The notes beneath the pieces are model-generated. The model was not told the origin of the DNA, did no database searches, and saw only the letters and a program-made list of their open reading frames with translations. The position numbers and the translations under genes were made by a program. DNA of 64,000 bases from an uncultured Acidobacteriaceae bacterium. GTDB taxonomy: Bacteria > Acidobacteriota > Terriglobia > Terriglobales > Acidobacteriaceae. Shown one piece after another: positions 43,660 through 54,945 of the stretch. The stretch spans positions 1,570 through 65,569 of the forward strand of contig CAVVTY010000022.1 in the NCBI GenBank assembly GCA_963751225.1, written 5' to 3'. Within the stretch, counting starts at the first letter, position 1. Each line of letters starts with the position of its first letter.

Positions 43660-44907
43660 CTAAACAACCCTCGCCACCCCGGGAATCCGCCGGATCAGGA
43701 TCGTCACCAGCCAGCTCAACGCGAGAGCACCCGCGAAGACAAGGACGAACTTCAGCAAAGCAGGCAGCGCGACGGCAATCATGGCGTACCCGAGCCAGCT
43801 TACGAAGACGAAATGAACCAGGAATATCCCGTAGGAGTTTCTGGTCAGGCTCTCAAGGAACTGCACGCGCGAGTGGGCAAACCGAACGAAAACCCCCACA
43901 AAGGCAAAGCTCGACGCGGCACAAGAGACCGCGAAGAGCGCCAACGCGGCCACCCATGTCCAGCTATGCAACCCCTCGTGCCAGTTCTGCGGCAAAGGAC
44001 GGCTCACAGCGGCCTGCAGTGCGAGCGCGTATGCAAAAAACGCCAGCAAGGCCCGTCTTGCCCACAAACTCCATCTCCGGGCCAGTTGGCCATCAGGCGC
44101 CACCAGTCCGCGCTCCAGCCCCCACGCCCCCACCCCGACCCCGGCAAGGAAGTAAACGAAGTACACCAGGATGCGGCTCGTCTGAAACCAGAATGGCCCC
44201 CACGATGCCCAGTTGAACGGTCCAACTACCAATGCCAGCGGGAAATAAACAGCAGCCGTCACCAGGATCAGCCGCCCGATGAACCGCGCGGGGTGTTCCG
44301 CGGCCCCGCTCGTCAACCGGCCAAGCGTTTTGCCCCATTCCGGAGCCAGCCGACACAGCCCCACGGCGATGAAGTCGAAGACCAGCAGCACCCATGAAAA
44401 CCATACCGGTCCCGCAGACCACCGTCCAAGCGCCACCCAATCGCGGGCAAAATCGCCGAAACTCCCGTGCCCTGAGATCTGCAGATAGGTGGGGTAGTAC
44501 GAAAGCGGTGCAATGATTACTGCCACCACCACGAAAGGGAGACCAAGTCTTAAGCAGCGGTCCCGAAGGTACGCGCGTCCGCCCTTGCGATTAAGGCTCT
44601 TCCACACAAACAACCCCGACACGAAGAACATGAGTGCCATGAAAAAGATGTCGTTAAAGGTGGCAAACACCGCAGCCCACACCGCACGATGACTATCGAT
44701 GATTGGAAACGTCTGCCATGCGCGCGGGTATGCAAGAAGCGACGTGGGAGGCAGCGCGGGAGCGGAAGGGTGATAGGCCAGCACAGCATGATGCGCAACA
44801 ACCAGCGCAACAACCGCGGTCCTCAAATACCCCATCGCATAGTTGTAGCTTTTTGTGGTTCCCTCGGAAGCTGCCGGAGGCGTGGAAACCAAACTGAAGG
44901 TGCTCAT
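43660..44907 (-). CDS. Acyltransferase 3 (OpgC-like) membrane protein
   Basis: LVVAHH, FFMALMFFVSG, RCLRLGLP, SYGIFLVH. Confidence 0.85.
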   Translation of the reverse strand: MSTFSLVSTPPAASEGTTKSYNYAMGYLRTAVVALVVAHHAVLAYHPSAPALPPTSLLAYPRAWQTFPIIDSHRAVWAAVFATFNDIFFMALMFFVSGLFVWKSLNRKGGRAYLRDRCLRLGLPFVVVAVIIAPLSYYPTYLQISGHGSFGDFARDWVALGRWSAGPVWFSWVLLVFDFIAVGLCRLAPEWGKTLGRLTSGAAEHPARFIGRLILVTAAVYFPLALVVGPFNWASWGPFWFQTSRILVYFVYFLAGVGVGAWGLERGLVAPDGQLARRWSLWARRALLAFFAYALALQAAVSRPLPQNWHEGLHSWTWVAALALFAVSCAASSFAFVGVFVRFAHSRVQFLESLTRNSYGIFLVHFVFVSWLGYAMIAVALPALLKFVLVFAGALALSWLVTILIRRIPGVARVV

Positions 44908-45226
44908 CTCCCCTCCTCTTTTCATGCACGCCGCCGCGCGTTCGGGACGTGAATGGCGAAGATCAGGCCAACAAGCATTTGGCAGGGGAATTGGCCATCA
45001 ACTGGAGAACGAGTTTGTTGCCCGTATGCAGAAAGACTACGCGTGCCGGCAATTCCCGGTTCCGTTCATCTGAACTCGCGAGCGCGCTCAGCCGAGGGCC
45101 AGTTCGACATCTGATTCGCAGGGAAAGTCCAGATGCGGATCGCACACGTATGCAATCTCGAGCGCATTTCTGGAGTTGTGGGTGCCGGTCCACGGCGAAT
45201 CCGGGGATTGGCGCGTCACGGCCTAC

Positions 45227-46261
45227 TCACTTCACGTTCGTCCAGTCGAGAACCACCTTTCCCGCCTGTCCGGAGGTCATCGCTTCAAAGCCCCGCTGAA
45301 ACTCGTTGTAGGGAAACCTGTGGGTGATCACGGGTGAGATATCCAGGCCGGCTTCCAGCAGCACAGACATCTTGTACCAGGTCTCGTACATTTCACGCCC
45401 GTAAATGCCTCTGATCGTGAGCATGTTGAAGATTACGGGACGCCAGTCCATCGGAGAGGTCTTTGCCGGAATGCCAAGGACAGCGATCTTCCCGCCATGG
45501 CTCATATTCGCGATCATGTCGCTCAGGGCCTGAGGGTTCCCCGACATCTCCAATCCAACATCAAAACCCTCGGTCATCTTCAGGCTTTTCTGTACGTCTT
45601 TGAGCAGCGCCTGGTTCGGGTTCACCGCCAGCGCAGCGCCCATCTTCTTCGCCAGTTCAAGCCGGAAGGGGTTCAAGTCCGTAATCACCACATGTCTTGC
45701 GCCCGCGCGTTGCACAACCGGTATGGCCATGATCCCGATTGGACCTGCCCCAGTGATCAACACGTCCTCGCCCAATACTGGAAATGCAAGCGCGGTGTGC
45801 ACCGCATTTCCAAATGGATCGAATATTGCAGCCACTTCCTGATTAACGCCCGGATGATGGCGCCAGATATTGGTCATCGGGAGTGCAATCAGCTCGGCAA
45901 AGGCGCCCGGACGATTAACACCGACGCCCTCAGTGGAGGCGCAGAGATGCCGCCTCCCAGCCAGACAATTCCGGCACCGTCCGCAAACAACATGCCCCTC
46001 GCCGCTGACAATGTCCCCTGGAAAGAAGTCGTTAACGTTTGATCCAACCGCGACAATTTCACCCACAAACTCATGGCCGATGGCCATGGGGACTCGAATG
46101 GTTCTTTGTGCCCACTCGTCCCACTCGTAGATGTGAACGTCAGTTCCGCAGATCCCCGTGTATCGCACGCGAATCAGAACGTCGTTGATGCCAATCGCCG
46201 GTTCAGCGATGTCTTCCAGCCAAAGGCCGCGTTCCGCTTTGCTCTTTACGAGTGCTTTCAT
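45227..46261 (-). CDS. tdh: L-threonine 3-dehydrogenase
   Basis: [35 protein letters not shown]. Confidence 0.96.
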   Translation of the reverse strand: MKALVKSKAERGLWLEDIAEPAIGINDVLIRVRYTGICGTDVHIYEWDEWAQRTIRVPMAIGHEFVGEIVAVGSNVNDFFPGDIVSGEGHVVCGRCRNCLAGRRHLCASTEGVGVNRPGAFAELIALPMTNIWRHHPGVNQEVAAIFDPFGNAVHTALAFPVLGEDVLITGAGPIGIMAIPVVQRAGARHVVITDLNPFRLELAKKMGAALAVNPNQALLKDVQKSLKMTEGFDVGLEMSGNPQALSDMIANMSHGGKIAVLGIPAKTSPMDWRPVIFNMLTIRGIYGREMYETWYKMSVLLEAGLDISPVITHRFPYNEFQRGFEAMTSGQAGKVVLDWTNVK

Positions 46262-46347
46262 CGAGAATCTCCGATCTTGAATCCGATTCTTCGAAAGTCT
46301 AATGGCTCCGGCTCGCTTGAGCGAAACGCGGCTGTGCACGAATTCGT

Positions 46348-47853
46348 CTACTGGACGCTTTGCAGCATTCTTTCAAATGTGGGGTTCAGGCGTTCATAGT
46401 CAGACTCCGGCGCAACGAACACCATGAAGATCACTGATCCATCCGGCCGCGGTATCGTCACCAGCCTGTCGCGTTCTTTTTGCGACCGTCCCTTCCCGTC
46501 CGGGAATGGTGAAGTCGACTGCATATTCACCGTTCGTCCTCTCACCCCGCCAACCTTGATATCCGACGCCTTCCCAACCGTCTGCAAATCACTCGAACCG
46601 CTCTGAAGCGTGCGAACAATCTCGTCAGTTACCTGGTCGATCGTCATCTGCTGGTCTTTTGTCGAGACTCCGTTGATCACCACCCCATAGCCAACCCCGT
46701 TGCTCACAACGCCCGCGCGCGGAGCAATCGTCAGCGATTGACCCTTCTGCTGCGGAGCGATCACGTCCCAATTCTCAGGCCGGGAAATCTTCAGAGGTCC
46801 AAGATCGGCAAGCAGGAATTTCGAGCTCGGCATGACATCGTTTAATGAGACCGGGCCCGCCGCCCCGCTTCCGATATCGGCTTGCGATGCGTCCGGGGCA
46901 ACCATTCCTGCGGGTGCCCTTAGGACAGCGCCACTCTTCCTGTTCAGTGAATCCCACTGGCCCGACTTGGCCCCCTGGGCAATCTCTTCCGCTGAGTACG
47001 CCTTGACTCCAGCGGCGTGCTGGCGCACCTTTGCGAATTCTGCGGAATCGGTCCGGTATTTCACCGGGGGCCATCCCTGGACCTCTTTTTGGATTGCGGC
47101 CTCGCGATTGCCCGGATTTGGATGATCGCTCAGAAACTGCGGACCGGCGCCACCCTGCGCCTCCAGCGTCTTGAAAAAGTCTGCCAGTGCCTGCGGGTTA
47201 TATCCCGCGCGATAAAGAATCATCGCCCCTACCTCATCGGCCTGGGCTTCGTCGCTCCGTGAGTACTTGAGCATCACCATGCCCGCGCCCATCTTGACAC
47301 CCGTTTGCGCCAGGGTTCCCACAGCGCCGCCCCGTGCGCCGAGAATTGCCCCTGCCAATCCGGCCAGACCCTGTGTCACTTGCGCTTTCTGAATCTGCTT
47401 CGCAGAGTGCTGCATGTAGACGTGCGACATCTCATGCCCCATCACTCCGGCAAGCTGCGCCTCGTTCGCTGCTGCGGTGATCGCGCCCAGGTTCACAAAC
47501 ATCTCGCCACCGGGAAGTGCAAACGCATTGATCTCCTTCTGCGCCACCACGTGGAATTCAAACGGCCACGAGTTCTCCGGCGGAATCGTAGCCACAAGCC
47601 GCTCCCCAAGCTGGCGTACGTATTGCGTCTCAGGGCTGCTGTCCGGGAGCACCGGCATCTGTTTGTAGACTTCCGCCGCAGCCTGCAATCCGAGCTTCTG
47701 CTGCTGGTCGCGGGTGATGCTCGGATTACCGGGATCCGGAAACGTTGGCCCGCCCGCCTGCGCCAGGCACGGATACGCCTGCGCAAGTGAAAAAAACGTC
47801 AATGCCGTAACAACCGCGACCTTCCTGAAAAGGCAGTTCATTGGAGACATCAT
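46348..47853 (-). CDS. M48 family metallopeptidase
   Basis: [30 protein letters not shown]. Confidence 0.9.
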   Translation of the reverse strand: MMSPMNCLFRKVAVVTALTFFSLAQAYPCLAQAGGPTFPDPGNPSITRDQQQKLGLQAAAEVYKQMPVLPDSSPETQYVRQLGERLVATIPPENSWPFEFHVVAQKEINAFALPGGEMFVNLGAITAAANEAQLAGVMGHEMSHVYMQHSAKQIQKAQVTQGLAGLAGAILGARGGAVGTLAQTGVKMGAGMVMLKYSRSDEAQADEVGAMILYRAGYNPQALADFFKTLEAQGGAGPQFLSDHPNPGNREAAIQKEVQGWPPVKYRTDSAEFAKVRQHAAGVKAYSAEEIAQGAKSGQWDSLNRKSGAVLRAPAGMVAPDASQADIGSGAAGPVSLNDVMPSSKFLLADLGPLKISRPENWDVIAPQQKGQSLTIAPRAGVVSNGVGYGVVINGVSTKDQQMTIDQVTDEIVRTLQSGSSDLQTVGKASDIKVGGVRGRTVNMQSTSPFPDGKGRSQKERDRLVTIPRPDGSVIFMVFVAPESDYERLNPTFERMLQSVQ

Positions 47854-48518
47854 CTGAGTCCTCCCACCCCGAACCCTTCTGGTATACACCTGTCCGCCAG
47901 AGGGTGAAATACCCCTGTCTTTTGCAGAAAATGGATTCCTGACGATGTCCGCTCGGGCCCAAGTCCGATGAAGAACAAATCTGGGTGCCCAGGTCTCGCC
48001 CGCCGCGGCGACAAATCTGGGATCTAGAATATGCGTGAATCATGTAGGCGAGTAAATGGTCGGCCCTGGTGGACGATTTTAGAACTTTTCTGCTTGGTGC
48101 GCTCTGTGCCCTCCCACCCTTGTAGTGAACTCGTACCCCAATGTGAGAGGCTAACGACCTCTTCTGGGTCAACGATGTAAAGACAAACATGTAAAACAAC
48201 TTACAAGTCAGGATGGGAACTGCCAAACACCCAAGAGTACTTAGAAGCACGCTGAAGTCGTTGGGTTGAACGAACCCAATTTGGCGTGATTTCGTCTGCA
48301 TCACACCCTCACGTCAGTACCCTACAAATGCTTCTTATAGATCACGCGAACCGAATGGGCCAGGTCCCGACTCGGCCCCATCAGAAATCTCCTTCAGATG
48401 AACGACGCTGTATTCTTCCACCTTCGCCACCGTGGGATTATTTCCGAGCTTGTCTGTAACGAATCCGCTGGTGCCTGACTTTTCTCTTGTGACGGAACAC
48501 GGAAGGAACGCTCAAGAG

Positions 48519-49874
48519 ATGAAATACCTTCTTCATGAGGCCAGATGGTTCATTTTCTTCTGCTTCATTGGGGCACTAGCAGCTGGAGCGCAGGAGCCTT
48601 TAACGCTGAGACAGGCAATCCAGCAAGCGCTTAGCGGAAGTCCTGAAGCAAAGCTGGCCAATGCTGAAAGCAAGGAAGCAGCGGCCGGAGCAGCCCTGGC
48701 CAGAACTCAATATCTACCGCAGGTGAGCTTCACCGAGGACATCTCCGGTGGAAATGACCCTGTGTATGTCTTTGGAGCAAAGCTGCGGCAGAACCAGTTC
48801 ACGCAAGCTGATTTCAATCCGGATTCGTTGAACAAGCCCGAACCGCTCAGCAACTTTGCCACTCGGCTTTCAGGTCAGTGGCTGGCATTCGACTCATTCA
48901 AGACTCAGAAGACGGTCAGGAGCGCGTACCTGATGAAGGAAAGCGCTGCATCGTCAGCTCAGGCTGCAAATCAGAAGGTTGTCCTCGATGTAGTGCAGGC
49001 CTACCAGTCCGTCCTGTTCGCCGAGCGCCAGATCGAAATCGCGCAACACGAGCTTGAGACCGCAGAGGCGCTGCTGAACTCTGTGGACGATCACGTGAAA
49101 GCCGGGCTCGCCGTGGAGTCCGATCGAATGTCAGCGCAGGTCAATTTGGCCGCTCGCAAGCAGGCACTGATTGCAGCGCAAGGCGAGCGCGAGCTGGCCT
49201 GGTCGCAGCTGAGCATGGCGATGGGTGCACCCGAGCTGCCTGTGACGAAGCTGCAACCGATCGAGCCGCACGATTTTCCCCACGTGGATCTTCAACAGGA
49301 ATTGGCGGCAGCGACAAAAACGAGGTCAGACCTGAAGTCGGTCGGTCAGGCCCAGGAGGCACAGGCGGCAGCCGTGACTGCAGCCAAGTTGAGCTTCGGG
49401 CCGAGGATCAGCGCTTACGGCAACTGGGAAGGGGATCGCTCGACTTTCGCCGGCTCCGGCGGCAACAGCTGGGTGGCCGGTGTTCAGATTGGAATCGACC
49501 TCAATCCCTTTCCCAAGCGCGAACAACTGAAGAGAGAAAGCGCCGTAAAGGAGAGGATTGATGCCCAATTGTCTGCCTATCAGCAGCAAGTACGCCTGCA
49601 GGTGACCCAGGCGCATATTCAGAAGCGGACCGCTCAACTCTCGTTGCAGACTGCTCGCGCGGCCATCGACCAGGCGACGGAAAGTCTGAGGATTCTGCGC
49701 AACCGCTATGGCGCGGGGCTGGCGACAGTTACCGATTTGCTTCACGCAGAAGATGCCGAACGTGAGAGCCAGAACAACTACTGGCGGGCGGTTTATGGAA
49801 ACGCGGTGGCATACGCACAACTTCTTTTTGCGACGGGATCGTTGACCCCCGATAAGGCGGAGGAACTTCAATGA
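48519..49874 (+). CDS. TolC family outer membrane efflux protein
   Basis: LTLRQAIQQAL, YLPQVS, RYGAGLATVTDLL; head of an RND operon. Confidence 0.9.
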   Translation: MKYLLHEARWFIFFCFIGALAAGAQEPLTLRQAIQQALSGSPEAKLANAESKEAAAGAALARTQYLPQVSFTEDISGGNDPVYVFGAKLRQNQFTQADFNPDSLNKPEPLSNFATRLSGQWLAFDSFKTQKTVRSAYLMKESAASSAQAANQKVVLDVVQAYQSVLFAERQIEIAQHELETAEALLNSVDDHVKAGLAVESDRMSAQVNLAARKQALIAAQGERELAWSQLSMAMGAPELPVTKLQPIEPHDFPHVDLQQELAAATKTRSDLKSVGQAQEAQAAAVTAAKLSFGPRISAYGNWEGDRSTFAGSGGNSWVAGVQIGIDLNPFPKREQLKRESAVKERIDAQLSAYQQQVRLQVTQAHIQKRTAQLSLQTARAAIDQATESLRILRNRYGAGLATVTDLLHAEDAERESQNNYWRAVYGNAVAYAQLLFATGSLTPDKAEELQ

Positions 49875-50983
49875 AGGCTCTATTTTCTGCAATCGTACTT
49901 GCTGCTGCGTCGGCTTTCATGGCGGGCTGCAATACGGAGCAATCAGCACCAACAGTCACTGTGCAAACGATGAAGGCGCGCGTGGTTGAGAGCGAGCAAA
50001 AGCAAGCGGCCCTGACTGTCCGTGCGAGCGGGACCCTTCATGCGCGGGAGACCGCGGTCCTTTCAGCACAAGTGGTTGGACGCGTTCAGGAGGTGTTGGT
50101 GCGCGAGGGAGATGTGGTGGCAGCAGGGCAGACATTGATTGTTCTGGACGATGCCACTCTCCGATCCTCTGCGGAACAGGCGGAAGCGGCGGTCAAAGCG
50201 GCTCAAAACCAGCAGGTCGCAGCCCAGACGAACGCGGATCTGGCGGCAAGCACGCTCGTCCGATACAAGCAGCTTCAAGAACAGAAAAGTGTGAGTCCGC
50301 AGGAGATGGACGAGGTGACAAGGCGCGCCCAGGCTTCTGCCGCTCAGGTTGATGCACTACGGGCGCAGGAAGCTGCAGCCAAAGCGCAAGTATCAGGTGC
50401 GCATGCGATGTTGGGCTATACGCGCATCAGGGCACCGTTCTCGGGCGTCGTCACAGCGCGAATGGTGGATCCGGGCGCGATGGCTGCGCCGGGAGTCGGG
50501 CTGCTCCAGATTGACAGCGCCGGACCGCTTCAGATGCAAACGACGGTGGATGAATCGGTGATTGCTGCGATCCATAACGGCATGAAGCTCAATATCAGCT
50601 TCGATGGCGATAAAGTTCAGTCTTCTGAAGGAACAGTTGCTGAGATCTTCCCGGCTGCCGATCCTGCAAGCCATAGTTTCCAGGTCAAGATTAATCTCGC
50701 CCCATCGAAGCAGTTGCGGGCCGGTATGTACGGCACCGTGGAGATTCCTACAGGCGTGCGTGAGGCGATCTTCGTGCCACGCTCAGCTGTGGTCATTCGC
50801 GGGTCGCTTCCGTGCGCGTATGTGCTCGACACCAACGGTATTGCCCAACTTCGCTATGTCACGCAGGGAGCAGCGCAGGGGAACCTCGTTGAGATCCTTT
50901 CAGGCATCTCGGCCGGCGAAAAGCTGATTGATGATCCCGCCGATCGCGAGCTCGCCGGGAAACGCATTGAGGTTCAGCTATGA
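49871..50983 (+). CDS. RND efflux periplasmic adaptor (lipoprotein)
   Basis: Lipobox MAGC; VLVREGDVV; IRAPFSGVV. Confidence 0.92.
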   Translation: MKALFSAIVLAAASAFMAGCNTEQSAPTVTVQTMKARVVESEQKQAALTVRASGTLHARETAVLSAQVVGRVQEVLVREGDVVAAGQTLIVLDDATLRSSAEQAEAAVKAAQNQQVAAQTNADLAASTLVRYKQLQEQKSVSPQEMDEVTRRAQASAAQVDALRAQEAAAKAQVSGAHAMLGYTRIRAPFSGVVTARMVDPGAMAAPGVGLLQIDSAGPLQMQTTVDESVIAAIHNGMKLNISFDGDKVQSSEGTVAEIFPAADPASHSFQVKINLAPSKQLRAGMYGTVEIPTGVREAIFVPRSAVVIRGSLPCAYVLDTNGIAQLRYVTQGAAQGNLVEILSGISAGEKLIDDPADRELAGKRIEVQL

Positions 50984-53900
50984 CGCAGAGGCCTGATTTT
51001 GCCGGACTCGGCCTGGCGGGGCGCCTTGCGCACGCGTTTCTCAATTCCAAGCTGACTCCGCTGTTCATTGCAGCGTCACTGGCGCTCGGAGTATTTGCGG
51101 TTGCGATTATCCCTCGTGAAGAGGAGCCGCAGATTCTGGTCCCGATGCTTGACATCATGACCGCGATGCCCGGTGCGTCTCCGGCCGAAGTTGAGCAGCG
51201 CGTCACACTTCCAATCGAAACCCTGGTGCACCAGATCTCCGGCGTCGAGTATGTCTACTCGACATCGAGTCCCGGTCAGAGCCTGGTTATCGTGCGCTTC
51301 CTTGTCGGCACTCCGCAGGAAGACGCACTGATCAAGGTTTACAGCAAGCTCTATTCGAACTTCGACCGCATCCCACCTGGAGTGTCCCAGCCCATCATCA
51401 AGGCACGATCGATCGATGATGTGCCGATTCTTTCGCTCACTCTGTGGGGAGAGCATTACGATGGATACCAGCTGCGGACCATTGCAGATGAAATTCAGCA
51501 CGAAATAAGCCAGACTCCTGACGTTTCAGAAACGAGTGTGATCGGCGGGTTGCCACGGACCATGCGCGTCGTGCTAAGTACTACCAAGCTTGATGCCTAT
51601 GGCCTTTCCCCGATGACCATCGTCGGACGCTTGCAAGGCGCCAACGCCGGTCTTCAGGCTGGAAGCTTCTCTCAGAACAACAGAGAGATTCGTGTCGATG
51701 CGGGGAACCTGTTCACAAGCAAGAAGGATCTCGAATCTGTGGTTGTGGCCTTGAATCACGGTCGGGCAGTCTATCTCCGCGATGTGGCTGACCGGATCAT
51801 CGACGGAGCTCCAGAGCCATCTGACTATGTCGTGTTCGGTACCACGAGCCGAGGCTCAACCGCCCAGCATGGACCGAATCAGTATCCCGCAGTGACAATA
51901 ACCGTCGCCAAGCGCAAAGGTACAAACGCAACTGAAATTGCCAATTCAGTTCTCAAGCGTGTTCACCAGATGCAGGGCGTGACCATTCCTGATGATGTCA
52001 ACGTCACCACGACGCGCAACTACGGTGAAACAGCCAAGGCCAAGTCCGATGAATTGCTTGAGCACCTTTTGCTGGCGACCATCTCGGTTACCTTCCTGGT
52101 GGCGCTTTTCCTCGGGTGGCGGGAGTCCGGCGTCGTCCTCCTGGCAATCCCTGTGACGCTCGCGCTCACCATGTCGATCTTCTATTTCTTCGGTTATACG
52201 ATCAATCGCGTCACGCTCTTTGCCCTGATCTTCAGCATCGGCATCCTAGTGGACGATGCAATCGTAGTCGTCGAGAACATGGTGCGACACTTTCGGCTGC
52301 CGGAGAATCAGCACCGTTCCTGTAGCGACGTCACCATTGAAGCAGTTGCCGAGGTCGGAAACCCGACGATTCTTGCTACTTTCGCCGTGATCGCTGCAGT
52401 GTTGCCGATGGCATTCGTTCGTGGCCTGATGGGTCCGTATATGCGCCCCATTCCGGTGGGTGCATCGGCCGCGATGTTGTTTTCGCTGATGGTCGCCTTT
52501 GTAGTTTCTCCATGGGCGGCGATGCGGCTGCTTGGGAAGCATCTTGGCGGAGCGCGCACGCTGGAGCCTGAGAGCGAGAACTGGCGCACCCGGCTGTACC
52601 GCCGTGTCATGACTCCGCTGATCGCTTCGGCGCGCAACCGGATTCTGTTCTTCATTGCTGTGATTGCGTTGCTGTTGATTTCGGTTGTGCTGGTTCCGCT
52701 GGGCCTCGTCAGGGTAAAGATGCTGCCGTTTGACAACAAGAGCGAACTGCAGGTCGTCATCAACATGCCTGACGGAACGCCTCTTGAGCAGACTGCCCGC
52801 GCCGCACAAGCGTTGGGCACGGAGTTGGCCCATCAGCCGGACATCCTGAATTACCAGACCTATGCGGGTACTTCCGGTCCGTATAACTTCAACGGACTTG
52901 TCAGGCACTATTACATGCGTCGTATGCCGAACCAGGCCGATATTCAGGTCAATCTCGTATCGGCCAAAGATCGACATGACCAGAGCCATGTCATCGCGAA
53001 GCGGCTTAGAAATCTCCTGGTGAATATCGGAAATCAATATGGCGCTCGTATCCAGGTCAGCGAGGTACCGCCGGGCCCCCCGGTGATCCAGACGCTGGTT
53101 GCTGAGGTCTACGGTCCGGACCTCGATGGACAGAGGCGTGTGGCTCAGCAAATCAGGTCAATTTTTCAGCACACAGCGGGCGTGGTCGATACCGACTGGT
53201 ATGTGGAGGATCCGCAACCGCGGCTGGCCATTCGGGTCGACTCTGCAAAAGCGGCACAGCACGGCATTTCAGTGTCAGATGTTGCCCATGCGCTTGCATT
53301 GGCAACATCCGGATCGGAAGTCGGACTCTTGCACGTCGACACAGCGCGCGAGCCCGTCCCCACGGTTGTAGAGCTTGCCAGACCTGACCGCTCCTCTGAG
53401 CAGGCACTTCAGAGCATTCGCCTGCCCGGTGCGGACGGAGCAATGGTTTCACTCAGAGAGCTGGTCAGCATCGATCCAGACACAATTCAGCAGAGCATCT
53501 ATCACAAGAATCTGCGCCGGGTGATATATGTAACCGGCGACGTGGCGGGTGCGGAAGAAAGCCCGGTCTACGCAATCCTGAAGATGAACAAGGACCTTGA
53601 CCAGCTCAAACTCCCGGCCGGCTACACACTCGCGCGCTACAACGCCGTTCAGCCCGAGTCCACGGATCACTACTCAATGAAATGGGATGGTGAATGGCAC
53701 ATCACGATCGAGGTATTTCGCGATCTTGGCCTGGCGTTCGCGGCTGTGCTCATCCTTATCTATGTGCTCGTGGTTGGCTGGTTCCGGTCGTTCATCGTAC
53801 CGTTGATCATCATGGCGCCGATCCCTCTGACACTCGTGGGCATCCTTCCGGCACATGCGATGCTGGGTGCGTTCTTCACTGCAACCTCAATGATCGGCTT

Positions 53901-54240
53901 CATCGCAGGCGCCGGTATCATCGTTCGCAATTCAATCATCCTTGTGGATTTCATTGAGCTGCGCCGTCGCCAGGGCGCACCGCTGAACGAGGCTGTTATC
54001 GATGCAGGCGCAATCCGCTTCAGACCCATGTTGCTGACTGCTGCTGCTGTTGTGGTCGGCGCGAGCGTGATCCTCACAGATCCGATCTTTCAGGGATTGG
54101 CCGTTTCTCTCATTGCCGGGGCCGTTGCTTCAACGTTTCTATCCTGGCCGACGATTCCAATCCTCTACTACGTAGTCCACTCTCAGAAAAAGTCCGAAAT
54201 CACCTGCGAACCAGAAATCATGCAAGGAGTGACTCAATGA
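50980..54240 (+). CDS. RND efflux permease (AcrB/CzcA family)
   Basis: IGILVDDAIVVVEN, RNSIILVDF, RFRPMLLT. Confidence 0.95.
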   Translation: MTQRPDFAGLGLAGRLAHAFLNSKLTPLFIAASLALGVFAVAIIPREEEPQILVPMLDIMTAMPGASPAEVEQRVTLPIETLVHQISGVEYVYSTSSPGQSLVIVRFLVGTPQEDALIKVYSKLYSNFDRIPPGVSQPIIKARSIDDVPILSLTLWGEHYDGYQLRTIADEIQHEISQTPDVSETSVIGGLPRTMRVVLSTTKLDAYGLSPMTIVGRLQGANAGLQAGSFSQNNREIRVDAGNLFTSKKDLESVVVALNHGRAVYLRDVADRIIDGAPEPSDYVVFGTTSRGSTAQHGPNQYPAVTITVAKRKGTNATEIANSVLKRVHQMQGVTIPDDVNVTTTRNYGETAKAKSDELLEHLLLATISVTFLVALFLGWRESGVVLLAIPVTLALTMSIFYFFGYTINRVTLFALIFSIGILVDDAIVVVENMVRHFRLPENQHRSCSDVTIEAVAEVGNPTILATFAVIAAVLPMAFVRGLMGPYMRPIPVGASAAMLFSLMVAFVVSPWAAMRLLGKHLGGARTLEPESENWRTRLYRRVMTPLIASARNRILFFIAVIALLLISVVLVPLGLVRVKMLPFDNKSELQVVINMPDGTPLEQTARAAQALGTELAHQPDILNYQTYAGTSGPYNFNGLVRHYYMRRMPNQADIQVNLVSAKDRHDQSHVIAKRLRNLLVNIGNQYGARIQVSEVPPGPPVIQTLVAEVYGPDLDGQRRVAQQIRSIFQHTAGVVDTDWYVEDPQPRLAIRVDSAKAAQHGISVSDVAHALALATSGSEVGLLHVDTAREPVPTVVELARPDRSSEQALQSIRLPGADGAMVSLRELVSIDPDTIQQSIYHKNLRRVIYVTGDVAGAEESPVYAILKMNKDLDQLKLPAGYTLARYNAVQPESTDHYSMKWDGEWHITIEVFRDLGLAFAAVLILIYVLVVGWFRSFIVPLIIMAPIPLTLVGILPAHAMLGAFFTATSMIGFIAGAGIIVRNSIILVDFIELRRRQGAPLNEAVIDAGAIRFRPMLLTAAAVVVGASVILTDPIFQGLAVSLIAGAVASTFLSWPTIPILYYVVHSQKKSEITCEPEIMQGVTQ

Positions 54241-54443
54241 CTGTAGAACGCGCACTGCGCCTCATGGCTGGATTAGTTGTACTGCTTTCTCTTCTGCTGG
54301 CACACTATCACTCGCCAAATTGGCTTTGGCTTACAGGCTTCGTCGGGCTCAATCTCTTCCAATCGGCTTTTACCAACTGGTGCCCGGCGATGACGATCTT
54401 TCGCAGCATGGGACTGAAAGACGCAAGCTGTTCAACCAAGTGA
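54237..54443 (+). CDS. DUF2892 (YgaP-like) membrane protein
   Basis: ERALRLMAG...VGLNLFQSAFTNWCP. Confidence 0.88.
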   Translation: MTVERALRLMAGLVVLLSLLLAHYHSPNWLWLTGFVGLNLFQSAFTNWCPAMTIFRSMGLKDASCSTK

Positions 54444-54513
54444 AGCAGCCCGGATTTCAGGCGGATCAGTCCTCATAACGCGAGGCACGCCGTCGGCGAC
54501 TACTAACCTATGA

Positions 54514-54566
54514 AACCGGACACTTCATTTGCTACGAAAAGCGGACATTTCTACTTGCTAACGACA
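54514..54566. mobile_element. Orphan IS end (ISNCY/IS1202- or IS481-like)
   Basis: Two imperfect direct repeats (ccggacacttcatttgcta, gcggacatttctacttgcta) ending in ACA (5'-TGT on the other strand); no transposase nearby. Confidence 0.45.
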
Positions 54567-54945
54567 CTTCGATGATCCGGATCGCACTAATTCTCGACAA
54601 CGTCAAAGCTCGCTAGCAGCAGTTCACGGGGCCATGTCTTTAGAGTTACCGCCAACTCTTCGAGCGCCGGGATAAACCGGCATGTTGTAGGGGATGCAAG
54701 AGCCCTACAGGAAAGGAAGTAGCGAATCCATCCTGGCCTCGAGTCTTGCGGGCGCTGCTGTGAAGTGTCACCCGAAGCGTAGACAGAGGTATTGGTGGGC
54801 CGGGCAATTGAGCTTCGAAAAGGCGGAAGATCGGGATGCCGACTCCATGAAGAGTGGGAGGAAGGCAACACAGCAGCCGCGTTATCCGCGAGTGGCTGTT
54901 TCGGTCCTGCGTAGTCGATAGAACCCGCGCACGCTAAGAAACAAC

